The notes under the pieces: model-generated
The model's input: the letters and a program-made list of their open reading frames with translations, nothing else
Told to the model about the DNA's origin: nothing
Databases searched by the model: none
Position numbers and translations under genes: made by a program
Source: Mobula birostris
Lineage: Eukaryota
NCBI RefSeq assembly: GCF_030028105.1
Contig: NC_092387.1
Location: forward strand, 37,953,590 to 38,017,589
DNA: 64,000 nt
Direction: 5' to 3'
Shown: positions 63,366 to 64,000 of the stretch, in pieces
How the letters are laid out: each line of letters starts with the position of its first letter
Numbering within the stretch: the first letter of the stretch is position 1

Positions 63366-63844
63366 CCCCTCAGGTCAGGTTACTAGTCTGAGTGCTACTG
63401 GTACCATGTAACCCAGTACTACCTGTCGCATGCTCAGGTGGTTGGCAACTAAACCAGTTCCCCCACCAGGCTTGCCTGGTGAGGAGGGTGGCTAGACACC
63501 CTGCAGGACAAGAAACAAGACCTGTCAAAGGGTGGATGAACCCTCTCGTAGGGTCAACAGCCATCTAGCAAACACATTCCGTGAAGCGCGGAAAGGGCAT
63601 CCCTTGCATCGAAGCTTGGTCTGGCCATTCACTGCAACAGAACTTCCCCCAGCTGTCTTGGACCCCACCATGCCGCTGGATCCGGGAGGGGATGTCGAGA
63701 GGGTGGGTCTGGACCTGTGCAACCCCCTACTCACCTAAAATCCATTCACGCACGCACTGTTCCTTTCTGAGGAGTGGGGTCAACCCCACTAACTGACTGA
63801 AAGGAACCATCAACATCCTATGGGATGGATAGCCAGAGAGAGAG
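63366..63844 (+). mobile_element. 479-bp non-coding retroposon with an (AG)n tail, inserted in a minus-strand CR1 tail
   Basis: TSD aagacatagga (63355-63365) and aagatatagga (63845-63855). The CR1 tail continues to the end of the window. Confidence 0.8.
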
Positions 63845-64000
63845 AAGATATAGGAGCAGAAGCAGGCCATTCGGCCCATTGAGTCTGCTCCACTATTCAA
63901 TCATGGGCTGATCCAATTCTTCCAGTCATTCCACTTCCCTGCCTTCTCCCCATACCCTTTGATACCCTGGCTAAGCAAAAACCTGTCTATCTCTGTCTTA

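Noticed and set aside
1-64000. Prokaryotic-type systems (CRISPR arrays, operons, RT-based defence loci) and bona fide tRNA or rRNA genes
   Set aside because: No spaced direct-repeat arrays are present. All RT and endonuclease ORFs are eukaryotic retrotransposon remnants, and the tRNA-like sequences are SINE or LINE heads.

Overview
Eukaryotic (vertebrate) genomic DNA. The repeat repertoire (CR1, Rex1/Babar, Penelope-like, V-SINE, RTE) points to a cartilaginous fish, probably a ray; this is inference. One protein-coding gene is supported: the 3' two-thirds of a microsomal triglyceride transfer protein large-subunit (MTTP)-family gene on the minus strand. Eleven GT-AG exons equivalent to MTTP exons 8-18 (55691 down to 18775) splice in frame into 1749 nt (582 codons plus TAG). 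Exons 1-7 were not found and probably lie beyond the right edge. The protein is much more diverged than expected for the canonical orthologue and has changes at functionally mapped residues, so it is probably the MTTP-like paralogue. Most of the rest is decayed, often nested transposable elements. Notable ones are a LINE whose endonuclease ORF sits directly behind a tRNA-like Pol III head with no ORF1, two different HERO-clade (restriction-like endonuclease) fragments, Penelope-derived minimal hammerhead ribozyme cores, an 80-bp hAT MITE, a candidate solo LTR and several bipartite non-autonomous retroelements. Human MTTP exon sizes, residue numbers and family consensus motifs are recalled from memory and aligned by eye, so they need verification. 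TE boundaries without a stated TSD are approximate.
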